Source: Macrostomum lignano | Lineage: Eukaryota | Direction: 5' to 3' | DNA length: 64,000 bases | NCBI GenBank assembly: GCA_002269645.1 | Contig: NIVC01001772.1 | Location: 62,001 to 126,000, forward strand | In this document: piece by piece, positions 46,659 through 59,196 of the stretch | How positions within the stretch are numbered: position 1 is the first letter of the stretch | Layout of the letters: every line of letters starts with the position of its first letter | Notes under the pieces: generated by a model | The model's database searches: none | Seen by the model: only the letters and a program-made list of their open reading frames with translations | What the model was told of the DNA's origin: nothing | Position numbers and translations under genes: made by a program

Positions 46659-49600
46659 TCAATAGCCAATAGCCTTGGCCGGATCGCTGGGCATTGTGCA
46701 GCTGGACTGGCCAATAATGCAATGCGCAGCTTTGATTGCGCAATCGATGCACACCTCCAACGGTTTGCCGAGAGCGTACTGGGCAATGAATCCGCCAGCG
46801 AAGGCGTCCCCGGCACCGTTGGTGTCAACCAGCTCGTGCGGAGCCAGCTGTCGCACCGGGAACTCGGTCACGGAGCCGTCGGACCTGGCGGCCACCACGG
46901 GACCCTTGCCCTGGGTGATGAGCACCAGCCGGCTGCGGGGTGCCGAGTCGCCGCCGCTTGGCCTGGGCTTCAGCGGCATGGCGGCGAGGGCGACGGCTAC
47001 GGAGCGAGCGTCAGCGGGGTTGGGCAGGCCGGCCTCCCTGGTAGGTTAAAGAATGACACAGGTGGGATTAGGGGATATTAAAAACAATCTCCCTATGAGA
47101 AGAAGGGAAACATTTACGAATAGTCTAGAGTAATAATATATCCCGATGAAAACGGTACCAAAGCCAAGAAGCGTCCCAGAGTAATCACTGAGTTGCGTCT
47201 AAAGCGCATTGCATTTCGCATTTATAAACACTCTAATTAGACTACTTGAGTTGGTAGAATGTTAAGCGCTATCACTATGGCTCTTAGACGGCTTTGTCGA
47301 GACTCTTTTACGATTCTGCAACTCACGAGATTAGGTTAGTTTAGGTTAGGATTACTTGACTCAGCCAGTCGCCTCTCCGTTGCATTACAGTCGTTTGGAT
47401 CGGTAAAAAGGTCACAAGAGACGCCTCAGAATTGCTACTGAGTTGTTTTAGGGTTTATTTTATGTTTGGATTGGGTTTCAGGTTCAGGTTTAGTTTTAGG
47501 ATAGGGTTCAGCCTGGGTTAAGGGTTAGGTTTTAGGTTAGATTTATGGTCATTGTTTAGGTTAGGTTTATGGTTATGGTTTAGGTTAGGTTTATGGTTAT
47601 TGTTTAGGTTAGGTTTATGGCTATTGTTTAGGTTAGGTTTATGGTTATGGTTTAGGTTAGGTTTATGGTTATTGTTTAGGTTAGGTTTATGGTTATGGTT
47701 TAGGTTAGGTTTATGGTTATGGTTTAAGTTAGGTTTATGGTTATGGTTTAGGTTAGGTTTATGGTTATTGTTTAGGTTAGGTTTATGGTTATGGTTTAGG
47801 TTAGGTTTATGGTTATGGTTTAGGTTAGGTTATGGTTTAGGTCAGATTTATGGTTATGGTTTAGGTCAGATTTATGGTTATGGTTTAGGTTAGGTTATGG
47901 TTATGGTTTAGGTTAGGTTATGGTTATGGTTTAGGTCAGATTTATGGTTATGGTTTAGGTTAGGTTATGGTTATGGTTTAGGTTAGGCTTATGGTTATTG
48001 CTTAGGTAAGATTTATGGCTATGGTTTAGGTTAGGTTATGGTTATGGTTTAGGTTAGGTTTATGGTTATTGCTTAGGTAAGATTTATGGCTATGGTTTAG
48101 GTTAGGTTTTAGGTTTGGTAGTCAACTAGTAGGCAGTCAATTGTCCGCAGACCCGCGGGTGGCTCACTTAGCGTAGGTCTCAGCCTCGGTCTCATTGCCA
48201 AACAGCACGTCAACATAGGGCATAGCGGCCAGCAGCGGCTCCTTGAAGAACTGGCAGATGAAGGGCGCGGACAAGTTCATCATAAGAGTTTTACCGGCTG
48301 CCAGCGAGTGCTCAGCGATGCGCATCAGAGCAGGCGGGCACACTGTGAGAAAGAATCCGGCCACGTAGTAGAACTGAGCAGCCTCAACAATGGCCCAGTT
48401 GGTGGGATCGTCCAAGTGCGCCTCGGTGAACTGGCCAGCGCTGCCCAGCTGGGTGACCAGGCTGCGGTCCTCGCCGGAGATCAGCACGGCGCAGCTGGAG
48501 TTCAATGAAAAATGCGGAGTGTGACAGACCCAGCACAGCGATAAATAGAAGTAATGAACAGACGGACAGACAGATATAGTAGTCACGGACTGGAAATAAA
48601 ACTGAATGACAGATTGACAGATATAGGCAGGACAAAGAAGATTGCCAAACAAAAGACACAAGTGAGTGACAGACAGACACAAGAGTGATAGACAAAAGAC
48701 GCGGGAGAGTGACAGACAAATGACACAAAAGAGCGACAGACAAAAGACTCGAGAAAGTGACAGACAAAAGACTCAATAAAGTGCCAGACAAAAGACTCAA
48801 GAATGTGACAGACAAGACTCAATAAAGTGCCAGACAAAAGACTCAAGAAAGTGACAGACAAGACTCAATAAAGTGCCAGACAAAAGACTCAAGAAAGTGA
48901 CAGACAAGACTCAATAAAGTGACAGACAAAAGACTCAAGAAAGTGACAGACAAGACTCAATAAAGTGAGAGACAAAAGACACAAGAATGTGACAGACAAA
49001 AGACACAAGAGAGTGATAGACAAAAGACACAAGAGAGTGATAGACAAAAGACACAAGAGAGTGATAGGCAAAATACACAAGAGAGTGATAGGCAAGACAC
49101 AAGAAAGTGACAAACAAAAGACACAAGAAAGTGACAGACAAGACTCAATAAAGTGACAGACAAAAGACACAAGAAAGTGACAGACAAAAGACACAAGAAT
49201 GTGACAGACAAAAGACACAAGAAAGTGACAGACAAAAGACTCAATAAAGTGCCAGACAAAAGACTCAAGAATGTGACAGACAAGACTCAATAAAGTGACA
49301 GACAAAAGACACAAGAAAGTGACAGACAAAAGACACAAGAATGTGACAGACAAAAGACACAAGAAAGTGACAGACAAGACTCAATAAAGTGACAGACAAA
49401 AGACTCAAGAAAGTGACAGACAAAAGACACAAGAGAGTGATAGACAAAAGACACAAGAGAGTGATAGACAAAAGACACAAGAGAGTGATAGACAAAATAC
49501 ACAAGAGAGTGATAGGCAAGACACAAGAAAGTGACAAACAAAAGACACAAGAAAGTGACAGACAAAAGACACAAGAGAGTGATAGACAAAAGACACAAGA

Positions 49601-50548
49601 GAGTGATAGACAAAAGACACAAGAGAGTGACAGACAAAAGACGCAAGAAAGTGACAGACAAGACTCAATAAAGTGACAGACAAAAGACTCAAGAAAGTGA
49701 CAGACAAAAGACACAAGAAAGTGACAGACAAGACACAAGAAAGTGACAGACAAGACACAAGAAAGTGACAGACAAAAGACACAAGAAAGTGACAGACAAG
49801 ACACAAGAAAGTGACAGACAAAAGACATAAGAAAGTGACAGACAAGACACAAGAAAGTGACAGACAAAAGACGCAAGAAAGTGACAGACAAGACTCAATA
49901 AAGTGACAGACAAAAGACTCAAGAAAGTGACAGACAAAAGACACAAGAAAGTGACAGACAAGACTCAATAAAGTGACAGACAAGACACAAGAAAGTGACA
50001 GACAAAAGACACAAGAAAGTGACAGACAAGACACAAGAAAGTGACAGACAAAAGACATAAGAAAGTGACAGACAAGACACAAGAAAGTGACAGACAAAAG
50101 ACACAAGAAAGTGACAGACAAAAGACACAAGAAAGTGACAGACAAAAGAGAGTGACAGACAGCGCGCAGCTCACCGTCCAGTGGGCTCGGAGTTCGGCAG
50201 GCACTGATACGCCGGCCGCACTCCGGCAGTCTCCATGCAGTCCCGCAGCCGCTTGCCAATGTCATCGTCAAGCCTGACGCAGCCGAACATGCTGGTAGCT
50301 TTAGGCGTACGCAGCAGCCACTGGGCCACACGGATGGCATTCTGGGTAGCGCCGCCGGGAATATACTGAGTGTCCGGCCGGCCAATAAGATCGTCGAATA
50401 TCTGAGCGTGCTCCGGGCCGGCTAGGATAGCGTCGTTCGGTTTGAGATTGTATTTGGCTAAATAGGCGGCATCAATTGTATTGGCCAAGTCTAGCAAAGG
50501 ATTGCCCATGCCCAATACGAGACCTTCGCGAGCTCCGGTAGTTGACAT
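46659..50548 (-). CDS. ADK: Adenosine kinase (PfkB family), 3 exons, 359 aa
   Basis: Exons 50548-50175, 48494-48168 and 47037-46659 (phases 2 and 2; 1080 nt in total). GMGNPLLD, PGGATQN, NLSAPFI, FGNETEA and DTNGAGDAFAGGF motifs. Confidence 0.96.
47500..48115 (+). repeat. TTAGG/TTATGG-rich repeat in ADK intron 2
   Basis: About 28-bp higher-order unit; explains the RLGLWL ORF. Confidence 0.9.
48650..50160 (+). repeat. 22/24-bp repeat (GTGACAGACAAAAGACACAAGAAA)n filling ADK intron 1
   Basis: Direct reading; explains the SVTFLCL/FVCH ORFs. Confidence 0.92.
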
Positions 50549-51764
50549 ATCTTCAGTTTGATTGCTTTTAGCTGAAATAAGCAAAAAAAAGAACTGACTA
50601 AAAATGCTACTGAAAGTAAAAATATAAGCAAATCAAAGCAGATTTTTATTTTACTAAATTAAACAATAATATGCCTGGTTACCTGTTTTATTTTTCCAAA
50701 CCGACCGGAAATTATTATTAAAGAACTGGCGGCTTCACTAGTGGCAGCAACAGCTCAAGATTCTAACTGAGATTGTGGCAGATAAAGAGAGGACACAACT
50801 ATGTATATGCAGGCCAGTACAGTGCAAACTGGAGACTTAAGAACTGGGCAGGACGAGACAAAATGGTCCGGCGCGATTTACAAGCCTCTATTTATACCCC
50901 ACAGCACGGAGAGGGGGGGGGCTCATTCAAGTTCCAGTTAAGAGAGATAAGAGAAATTCTGTCACGCGTCATATGCACACGCGCCAATTCAAATACAGAA
51001 TTTTCCACGAATTCTGAACCCTTAGTAGTAAACTATCTGTCCCTCGAGCTAGGGGGTCACTGCAAGTCTATAAATTAGTCACAAGAAATATATAATTTTT
51101 GTATTCCATTTGTCTATAGAAAATATTTATCCTGCTCCGATTGCTGCAATGTTAATTTAATTTAATCAATTAATAATAAACAACAACAACGATAAACTAA
51201 TCAGTAAATTTTCCTAATTAATAAGCAAAATACGATTGAAACGTGCCAGCAAGACAATAAAGCAAATTTTTTGATTGATTTAACAGGCATTTTGTTGTAT
51301 CGACTGTCGGACTTCAGAAATGAAAAAAATTGACTTTATCTAAAGAAAAATGTCTAAGAAACAGAAGTGCAAAATGACCCATAGCAGTAAGCATTATAAT
51401 ATACATTGCGTATAGAAGTACAAAACCACTGATATCTAGGAGGACAATATAGGCTCTCAGCAACCGAATATAGATTGAGAAGTTGAAAGAAATTATCTAG
51501 TCGATACTTGAAAACCCAATGAAGATTAATGATGCCATTTCAAAGCCAAGAGGAAATAATATATAATAAAACTGGTAGGTGCGGCCATAAAAAAATAGTG
51601 TTCCATAACATAACATTGACTTTCGATATGTATTTAGTCGTCTTTATTGGAACACTTTTTGGTTTATATAATCTACTACTTATATAAAAACCTGTCACAC
51701 AGGCCCCAAATCTGACCTTTTGGCACTAAGTGACACAAGCATTTAGGTCTTGGATCTGGAAACT

Positions 51765-52755
51765 GAGGATCTGGGAGGCTGGCATAGCAACTGAGGATCT
51801 GGGAGGCTGGCACAGCAACTGAGGATCTGGGAGGCTGGCCCAGCAACTGAGGATCTGGGAGGCTGGCACAGCAACTGAGGATCTGGGAGTCGGTAGCCCA
51901 GCAACTGAGGATCTGGGAGGCTGGCCCAGCAACTGAGGATCTGGGAGTCGGTAGCCCAGCAACTCAGGATCTGGGAGGCTGGCCCAGCAACTGAGGATCT
52001 GGGAGGCTGGCCCAGCAACTGAGGATCTGGGAGGCTGGCCCATCAATTGACGATCTAGGAGGCTGGCCCAGCAACTGACGATCTGGGAGGCTGGCACAGC
52101 AACTGAGGATCTGGGAGGCTGGCACAGCAACTGAGGATCTGAGAGGCTGGCCCACCAACTGAGGATCTGGGAGGCTGGCCCAGCAACTGAGGATCTTGGA
52201 GTCGGTAGCCCAGCAACTGAGGATCTGGGAGGCTGGCACAGCAACTGAGGATCTGGGAGGCTGGCCCAGCAACTGAGGATCTGGGAGTCGGTAGCCCAGC
52301 AACTGAGGATCTGGGAGGCTGGCACAGCAACTGAGGATCTGGGAGTCGGTAGCCCAGCAACTGAGGATCTGGGAGGCTGGCCCAGCAACTGAGGATCTGG
52401 GAGTCGGTAGCCCAGCAACTCAGGATCTGGGAGGCTGGCCCAGCAACTGAGGATCTGGGAGGCTGGCCCAGCAACTGAGGATCTGGGAGGCTGGCCCATC
52501 AATTGACGATCTGGGAGGCTGGCCCAGCAACTGACGATCTGGGAGGCTGGCCCAGCAACTGACGATCTGGGAGGCTGGCCCAGCAACTGACGATCTGGGA
52601 GGCTGGCCCAGCAACTGACGATCTGGGAGGCTGGCCCAGCAACTGGGGATCTGGGAGGCTGGCCCAGCAACTGGGGATCTGGGAGGCTGGCCCAGCAACT
52701 GGGGATCTGGGAGGCTGGCCTAGCAACTGAGGGTCTGGGAGGATGGCCCAGCATG
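51765..52755 (-). repeat. 28-bp minisatellite family, copy 4 (reverse orientation), between NUS1 and ADK
   Basis: Reverse complement of the unit at 5059-5868. Confidence 0.95.
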
Positions 52756-53136
52756 TAGGGATACAATTACAAAATCAGAACAATGGCCATCCAACACAAA
52801 GACAAAGATAATGCAAAAATTCAAATAACATTCACAATGCAACTTTGTGTGCACGCGAGGACAGTCAATGCAAATAGGTAAGCAAAAACAGAAATGTATT
52901 ATTATTGATGGCCGAAGAAGAATCTACTATATACTACTAGCTAACAACTACATTGTGAGTAGAATGGTATGCATATTGTATTTGTAGACAGTTAGAGAGA
53001 GACACCGTACGAAAAGATAGGCAAAGAAGTAACAAATACGAAATCGATTAGGGTTTCGGGGCTAAGGGATGGACTAATGTAATCGTGTCAGTTTAAACAC
53101 ATCAGTGCATATCAGTTTGAAATGAAATTAATTCAA

Positions 53137-56100
53137 TCATTTTCCAAGTCGCTGATCAACCCCAGAATAGAACCGCAGACCGGCGACGAAGACCTCCGGG
53201 CGAAGCGCCTTCTGACTGGACACTTGGCTAAAATAAAAATAACCATAGATTAATATGAAATGGAAAAAACGCAATTTTTCTACTAACAGTAGCTTACTAG
53301 AATTCGGCCAATCGAAAATGCCAAGGAGACGGCAGGAACAGAGAATCGGTTGGTCCGATGCGGAATGCCAGGTCGGCGTCAGTCAGCCCAGAGAGTTCTG
53401 TTACGGCGGTTTGAATATTTTCGGGTGAAAATTCGTTCATTAAATAGGCCAAATATCTGGAATTCCACTGCTTCAGTTCAAATACTACCTTTGCAGAATC
53501 CATGAGTCACCGATTCTCCACCTTAGTGACCCCTCTGCGAGTCACACCGATTCTCCCCCTTAGTGACCCCTCTGTGAGTCACACCGATTCTCCCCCTTAG
53601 TGACCCCTCTGTGAGTCACACCGATTCTCCCCCTTAGTGACCCCTCTGCGAGTCACACCGATTCTCCCCCTTAGTGACCCTCTGCGAGTCACACCGATTC
53701 TCCCCCTTAGTGACCCCTCTGCGAGTCACACCGATTCTCCCCCTTAGTGACCCCTCTGCGAGTCACACCGATTCTCCCCCTTAGTGACCCCTCTGCGAGT
53801 AACACCGATTCTCCCCCTTAGTGACCCCTCTGTGAGTCACCGATTCTCCACCTTAGTGACCCCTCTGTGAGTCACACCGATTCTCCACCTTAGTGACCCC
53901 CCTGTGAGTCACACCGATTCTCCCCCTTAGTGACCCCTCTGTGAGTCACACCGATTCTCCCCCTTAGTGACCCCTCTGTGAGTCACACCGATTCTCCCCC
54001 TTAGTGACCCCTCTGCGAGTCACACCGATTCTCCCCCTTAGTGACCCCTCTGCGAGTCACACCGATTCTCCCCCTTAGTGACCCCTCTGTGAGTCACCGA
54101 TTCTCCACCTTAGTGACCCCTCTGTGAGTCACACCGATTCTCCACCTTAGTGACCCCCCTGTGAGTCACACCGATTCTCCCCCTTACGAGGGTCACTCAG
54201 AAAGTTCTTAGCTTGAACACGAAAACAGCAACAAATGAACTAAAAAACGACTACAAGTGCTCAAAATACTCTCCACCGGCATTGATACAGGCTTGCATCC
54301 TGTGAAACCAGCTGTCGAAGCACTGCCGCCAATCCTCATCCCGGAGCTCCTCGATGATGTTTTTAAACTCATTCACAGCTTCTTCCGGTGAAGAAAAGAC
54401 CTGGCCCTTCAGAATCTCCTTGCACTTCGGAAACAGAAAAAAGTCGCACGGTGCCAGGTCTGGACTGTAAGCAGGGTGAGTCATCAGCTGGACCCCACAG
54501 TCAGCCAGAAACTCCAGAGTTTGAGCCGCCGTGTGCGCGCTGGCGTTGTCGTGGTGCAGAAGCACCCCACGCATTCCGCACCTTGGGCGCCTCTGGCTCA
54601 CAGCAGAAAAGACCTTGGGCAGGCAAACCGTTGTGTACCAGTCAGCGGTGACTGTCTGGCGATCTTCAAGTGAAACGGAAGCCACATGCCCAGTGCGCAT
54701 GAAGAAACAGGCCACCATCTGCTTGCCGACACTCCGGCTGCGTCGAAACTTGGTGGGGCTGTCCTCGTCTCCAAAGGTCCACATGGCTGACTGGCGCTTG
54801 CTTTCGGGGTCGTATTGATAAATCCAGGTCTCATCGCCCGTGAGGATGTCCCAGATACGCCGGCTGGTCCCGGATTCGAATTTCTGCAGCATGAATCGGC
54901 ACCAAGCCACCCTGGTGTCCTTCTGCACGTCCGACAGCTGATGGGGGATCCACCGGGAAGCCAGCTTCCGCACTCCAAGGTGTTCGTGCATAATGGCGTG
55001 CACACTCCCCGATCCAATACCGATCTCCTGCTGGATCTGCTGGTAGGTCACTCGCCGGTCAGCGGCAATCATGCTGGACACAGCGCAGATATTTTCTGGA
55101 GTCACTGCGTCACAGGGTCTCCCGGATCGATGTTCATCTTCGAGGCTTTCTCGACCTCGGCGAAACTCAGCGAACCAGTTTTTGACGGTTGCGTATGAAG
55201 GACATACATGGGTGAAAACGTTCTGTAAAGTTTGATACGATTCGGCCGGCGACTTGCCTTGCTTGAAGTGCAGGTACATCATTGCTCTGAAGTCGCGATT
55301 TTCCAGCTTCATTGTTGAATTGAAGATCTCAGGGGGTGAACTGACTTTAACTCGCTGCAGTGGACTCAAAAGTGGCTGCTTCTGTTTGAAATTTTTGTTG
55401 CAATACTTTTAAAAGTTGGTCTTTACCATAGACAAATTTCATGCTTCTACGTCTCGTGGATCCTACTCAGGCTAAAGACTTTCTGAGTGACCCTCGTAGT
55501 GACCCCCCTGTGAGTCACACCGATTCTCCCCCTTAGTGACCCCTCTGTGAGTCACACCGATTCTCCCCCTTAGTGACCCCTCTGCGAGTCACACCGATTC
55601 TCCCCCTTAGTGACCCCTCTGCGAGTCACACCGATTCTCCCCCTTAGTGACCCCTCTGTGAGTCACCGATTCTCCACCTTAGTGACCCCTCTGTGAGTCA
55701 CCGATTCTCCACCTTAGTGACCCCTCTGCGAGTCACACCGATTCTCCCCCTTAGTGACCCCTCTGCGAGTCACACCGATTCTCCCCCTTAGTGACCCCTG
55801 TGAGTCACCGATTCTCCACCTTAGTGACCCCTCTGCGAGTCACCCATTCTCCCCCTTAATGACCCCTCTGCGAGTCACACCGATTCTCCCCCTTAGTGAC
55901 CCCTCTGCGAGTCACACCGATTCTTCCCCTTAGTGACCCCTGTGAGTTTTCCATAATCTTTAATTTAACAATACATTTATAACAGCAATATTAGTGCATA
56001 AATGTGTTGAATACAAATTACAAGGCCTGAAAGAACGATTAGAAATCTGAAAGCGCAATTTATATTAGAAGAATAGAAAGTCAAACAGCACACACTGGCT

Positions 56101-59100
56101 GCAGCACAGCACAGTAATTTAGAATTCACTTGGCCCTAATAATTTTGTCAAGCACACAAATTAGGAGCAAAAACACCTGGTCAAATAATACTATATCCCT
56201 ATTCAAAAAGTATTTCTATAATACCTAAAACACATGCCACCTGATCAAATAAATTGAATACCAACTATTTTCAACTTTTCCATGCGTAGATTAATCGATT
56301 CAATTCAAAAGTAATTATATAATTTTACTAATTAGTAGCTACACATACATACACACTGACTCAGTGGCCATACATGCGCAACCCCCCTGATTTTACACCG
56401 GCCGTGCGACTTACCTATGAAAGAAACCTACGAGTAAGCAAAATTATCATATTTTGGGTAAACGGTAGGAGTAACTATAACTGTATTACTAAAGGCTAAA
56501 TGCCTCGTCATCTAATCAGTCCTAGGTCTGTATTCTGGGATAGGCATTTTCACGAGTTACCATAGCTGGGCCCTTAGCCAGCCGACTGGATCGGTCAGGT
56601 GTTGCGCATGTATGATTACTAACATTAATAGCTTCTACTTGGCAACATACCTCGCAATTTGTTATCCAACTGTTCAACGCTAACACCTTGATAACTGATT
56701 TCCTCTTGGTGATTCTTAATCTCCATTGTCGAATTTGCACTGCTACTTTCAGTAGTAGCATCAGCAGTAGCTAAGGCCACAGCTGCAGTGGCTAGAAGTT
56801 GGCGGCCAGTGGCGGGCGATAGAAGGACAACAGAGATTGCAACATCGCCGCTGGTGTCAGAGCTGACAGTGTCTGTCAGCGGCTGACAGACGACAGCCTT
56901 TGCTGGCAGGTTCAACTCATACAGTCTGCTGGTTACTAAACGATCCAACTGATGCCTGTGTCGGCTTAGAAGGCCTGTTAAAAAGTTTGTTTGATAATAA
57001 AAATATTACTATTTTCAAAAGCAAAAATGTTTTTCAAATATTAAAATATACAAACAGATGCTCAAATGCACAAAAAATAATCTGGCTTGCTTTGACCATA
57101 AACTTTTGTGTTCTAATGCTGCAGTTTTTAGCAAAAAAAATTATATATACATTTCTTACACATCCATGGGTTTTCTCAAATTTGTTCCAATATGGATTCA
57201 ACTGACAAAGAATTGTTTTGATTAAGAGTAAAGTAGTTTTTATAAAGGAAAAAGCTAACTTCATGAAATTTTTATGTTTAACTCAATATGCAGTATAATT
57301 TGTTCAACAAAAAGTTAGACTTTAGAATGAGAAGGGGCAGAAAAAGAGAATAAGGTATAATATCTGGTAGCATTTAAGTAACATACAAATTTAAACTTTT
57401 TAAGTCTTTGTAGAGGTCTATAGTTACTTATATGCCACCATACATGTGGAACCTTGGGAATCACCCAGCCGTTTCTATTAGCAATACACATGTAAGTTGC
57501 TATTGGCTAAGAGTAGTCACATGACTACTATTCCATCCATTCCATCCATTCTTATTCCATTCCATCCGCCATCTGCAGTTTTAAAACTTTTTCCCTATAG
57601 GGTTGTGAAGTAGAAAAAAGGTGAAAAATTTCATTTTTAAGTGTAAATTTTCTACTTTCTGGGTTTTTTATATTGTAATAAGGCATTTAAACAAATCTTT
57701 GCATATATCAATTTTTTACTATAAAAAGTATTGCCAAAAAGCAGAAAAATTAACCAAATTATCTGTCAAAAAGGGCCTATTACACAATAAAAAAGGTCAT
57801 TTATTGTCACAATGTAAAAAAGTAAAACATTTATTGTCGCAACACCAGTGGAGTTTTAGGAATGGGCATGCACTCAATTTTTGTTAGGGCATACACCCAG
57901 CATGATCCAGACTATAGATATAAATGTTTACATAATTTTTCATTCATTTATATACCATAGTGTAGAAGTTACTATGGAGGGCTAATTATTTACAGAATAC
58001 CATATTATTTTAAGTTTTTGGCATATACAAAAGCATACATTTAACTAAGATAGGATACTTGTTCCAGTATATACTACTATAGAATCTAGACAAAAAATCA
58101 AACAAAATAATCAATTGGCCTACTAAAGAAGAAATTCTATTTAAGCAAGCATGCATTATAAATAGGTCTAAACTAAATAAATAATATGGGTTTTAACTTT
58201 TATAAAATGCAATAAAAACAACAATCCTTTGGTTTACAATCACCATCTATTTTGCCAGTTTCTGTTTATGATCACCTTATATTTTGCTTACTGCAGTGCA
58301 AAAATGGCATGTTCAAAACTAAGAAAGCAAAGTTTAGTTCAAATGAAAAGAAAGCAAAAGTTGGCTGATCAACTAACTTTGTTTATTTAAAATTGAAAAG
58401 ATTGTACATTGGTTCACTAGTAGCTTATAATATATCACCTTTGGTTTATGATCATCCGAAGCTGGCTATAGGAAAGCATATCAACCCTAGCTTAGTATAA
58501 TTAATCTTTAGTGCTGCACCCCCCTCACTTTTGGTTTATGATCACTTCCACACATGCACTCCATTGAAATGATCAAGAACCAAAACTAGCTATAGAAAAG
58601 CATGTCAACCCTTAGTACACTTTTTTTATGGCTAGCTGCAATTCACAATCATTTCAATGGGCAACATACATTTGGGTAATCGTAAACCAAAGGTGAAATA
58701 TAAGGTGCTACAACAATCCTGTTGTTGTAAGTTATGTCGTACAACTGTTTTTTTGTGGTGATCATCACTGTTTAAGGTGATCGTCACTGTTTGGGATGAT
58801 CATAAACCAAAGGAATGCCTAAAAACACAAAAAGAAGCTTTATAATAATATTAATTAAAATTAGGTATATTAATTCTTACCTTGTTTGTCGGCAATACTG
58901 ATACATGAAATGCCTAATACTATACACCATACAACTGCTTCACTTAATGCAGCAACATCAACATCATCTTCCATGACAATGAAAGATATATGCTTTGGTA
59001 TTTTTGTCAAGTCTCTAGTAGCATTGTGTATATAAAGTACAAGGTTATTTGACTTCTCCCAAAAGTAAGAAAAGGGAAACCTAAAAATAAAGAGCCTTAT

Positions 59101-59196
59101 AAAAGAGACCATATCATCCCTAAGCCTTGCAAGAATCATAAGCAAATACCATAACATGGATGATGGTCTAAGACTAAAATAGGTACTGACATGCAT
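53137..59196 (-). CDS. NUS1: NUS1 / Nogo-B receptor (cis-prenyltransferase subunit), 4 exons
   Basis: Exons 59196-58881, 56974-56651, 53397-53298 and 53227-53137 (phases 1, 1, 2). KIPKHISF, WC...GIxxISxxDxxG, D.DLxxxxG, PWHxRLxEF and the terminal QRLGK* (RxG motif). Confidence 0.92.
54187..55496 (-). mobile_element. Full-length mariner transposon (1310 bp), TA target-site duplication
   Basis: TIR CGAGGGTCACTCAGAAAGT (19 bp perfect, 26 bp with 2 mismatches); TA at 54185-54186 and 55497-55498. Confidence 0.95.
54251..55312 (-). CDS. Mariner transposase, DD34D, intact, about 353 aa
   Basis: Likely start MKLENRDFR (ATG at 55312); SGRP, WIPHQL, TGDETW, HHDNA and YSPDLAPCD; 34 residues counted between D2 and D3. 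Confidence 0.95.
   Translation of the reverse strand: MKLENRDFRAMMYLHFKQGKSPAESYQTLQNVFTHVCPSYATVKNWFAEFRRGRESLEDEHRSGRPCDAVTPENICAVSSMIAADRRVTYQQIQQEIGIGSGSVHAIMHEHLGVRKLASRWIPHQLSDVQKDTRVAWCRFMLQKFESGTSRRIWDILTGDETWIYQYDPESKRQSAMWTFGDEDSPTKFRRSRSVGKQMVACFFMRTGHVASVSLEDRQTVTADWYTTVCLPKVFSAVSQRRPRCGMRGVLLHHDNASAHTAAQTLEFLADCGVQLMTHPAYSPDLAPCDFFLFPKCKEILKGQVFSSPEEAVNEFKNIIEELRDEDWRQCFDSWFHRMQACINAGGEYFEHL
56369..56614. mobile_element. MITE with 14-bp TIR CATACATGCGCAAC
   Basis: CATACATGCGCAAC at 56369-56382 and GTTGCGCATGTATG at 56601-56614. Confidence 0.6.
57438..57533. mobile_element. Half copy of the hairpin MITE found at 61719-61882
   Basis: Aligns by eye to the reverse complement of the right arm and centre of the MAT-intron hairpin. 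Confidence 0.7.

Larger units (their letters stand above)
53503..55946 (+). repeat. 37-bp minisatellite (GAGTCACACCGATTCTCCCCCTTAGTGACCCCTCTGT)n in NUS1 intron 2, split by a mariner
   Basis: Arrays at 53503-54184 and 55499-55946 flank the transposon. Confidence 0.93.

Noticed and set aside
47500-48115. Interstitial telomere
   Set aside because: Mixed TTAGG/TTATGG units in a 28-bp higher-order repeat inside an ADK intron; not a (TTAGGG)n tract.
48650-50385. Many overlapping Cys/Leu/Val-rich ORFs
   Set aside because: Translations of the ADK intron 1 minisatellite.
53503-55946. CRISPR-like array (37-bp partly palindromic repeats next to a nuclease-fold gene)
   Set aside because: Units are head to tail with no unique spacers, the context is eukaryotic and intronic, and the ORF is a mariner transposase.
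57950-58820. Repeated TTTGGTTTATGATCAC motifs in both orientations in NUS1 intron 1
   Set aside because: Probably a decayed repeat element; ends and target duplication could not be defined.
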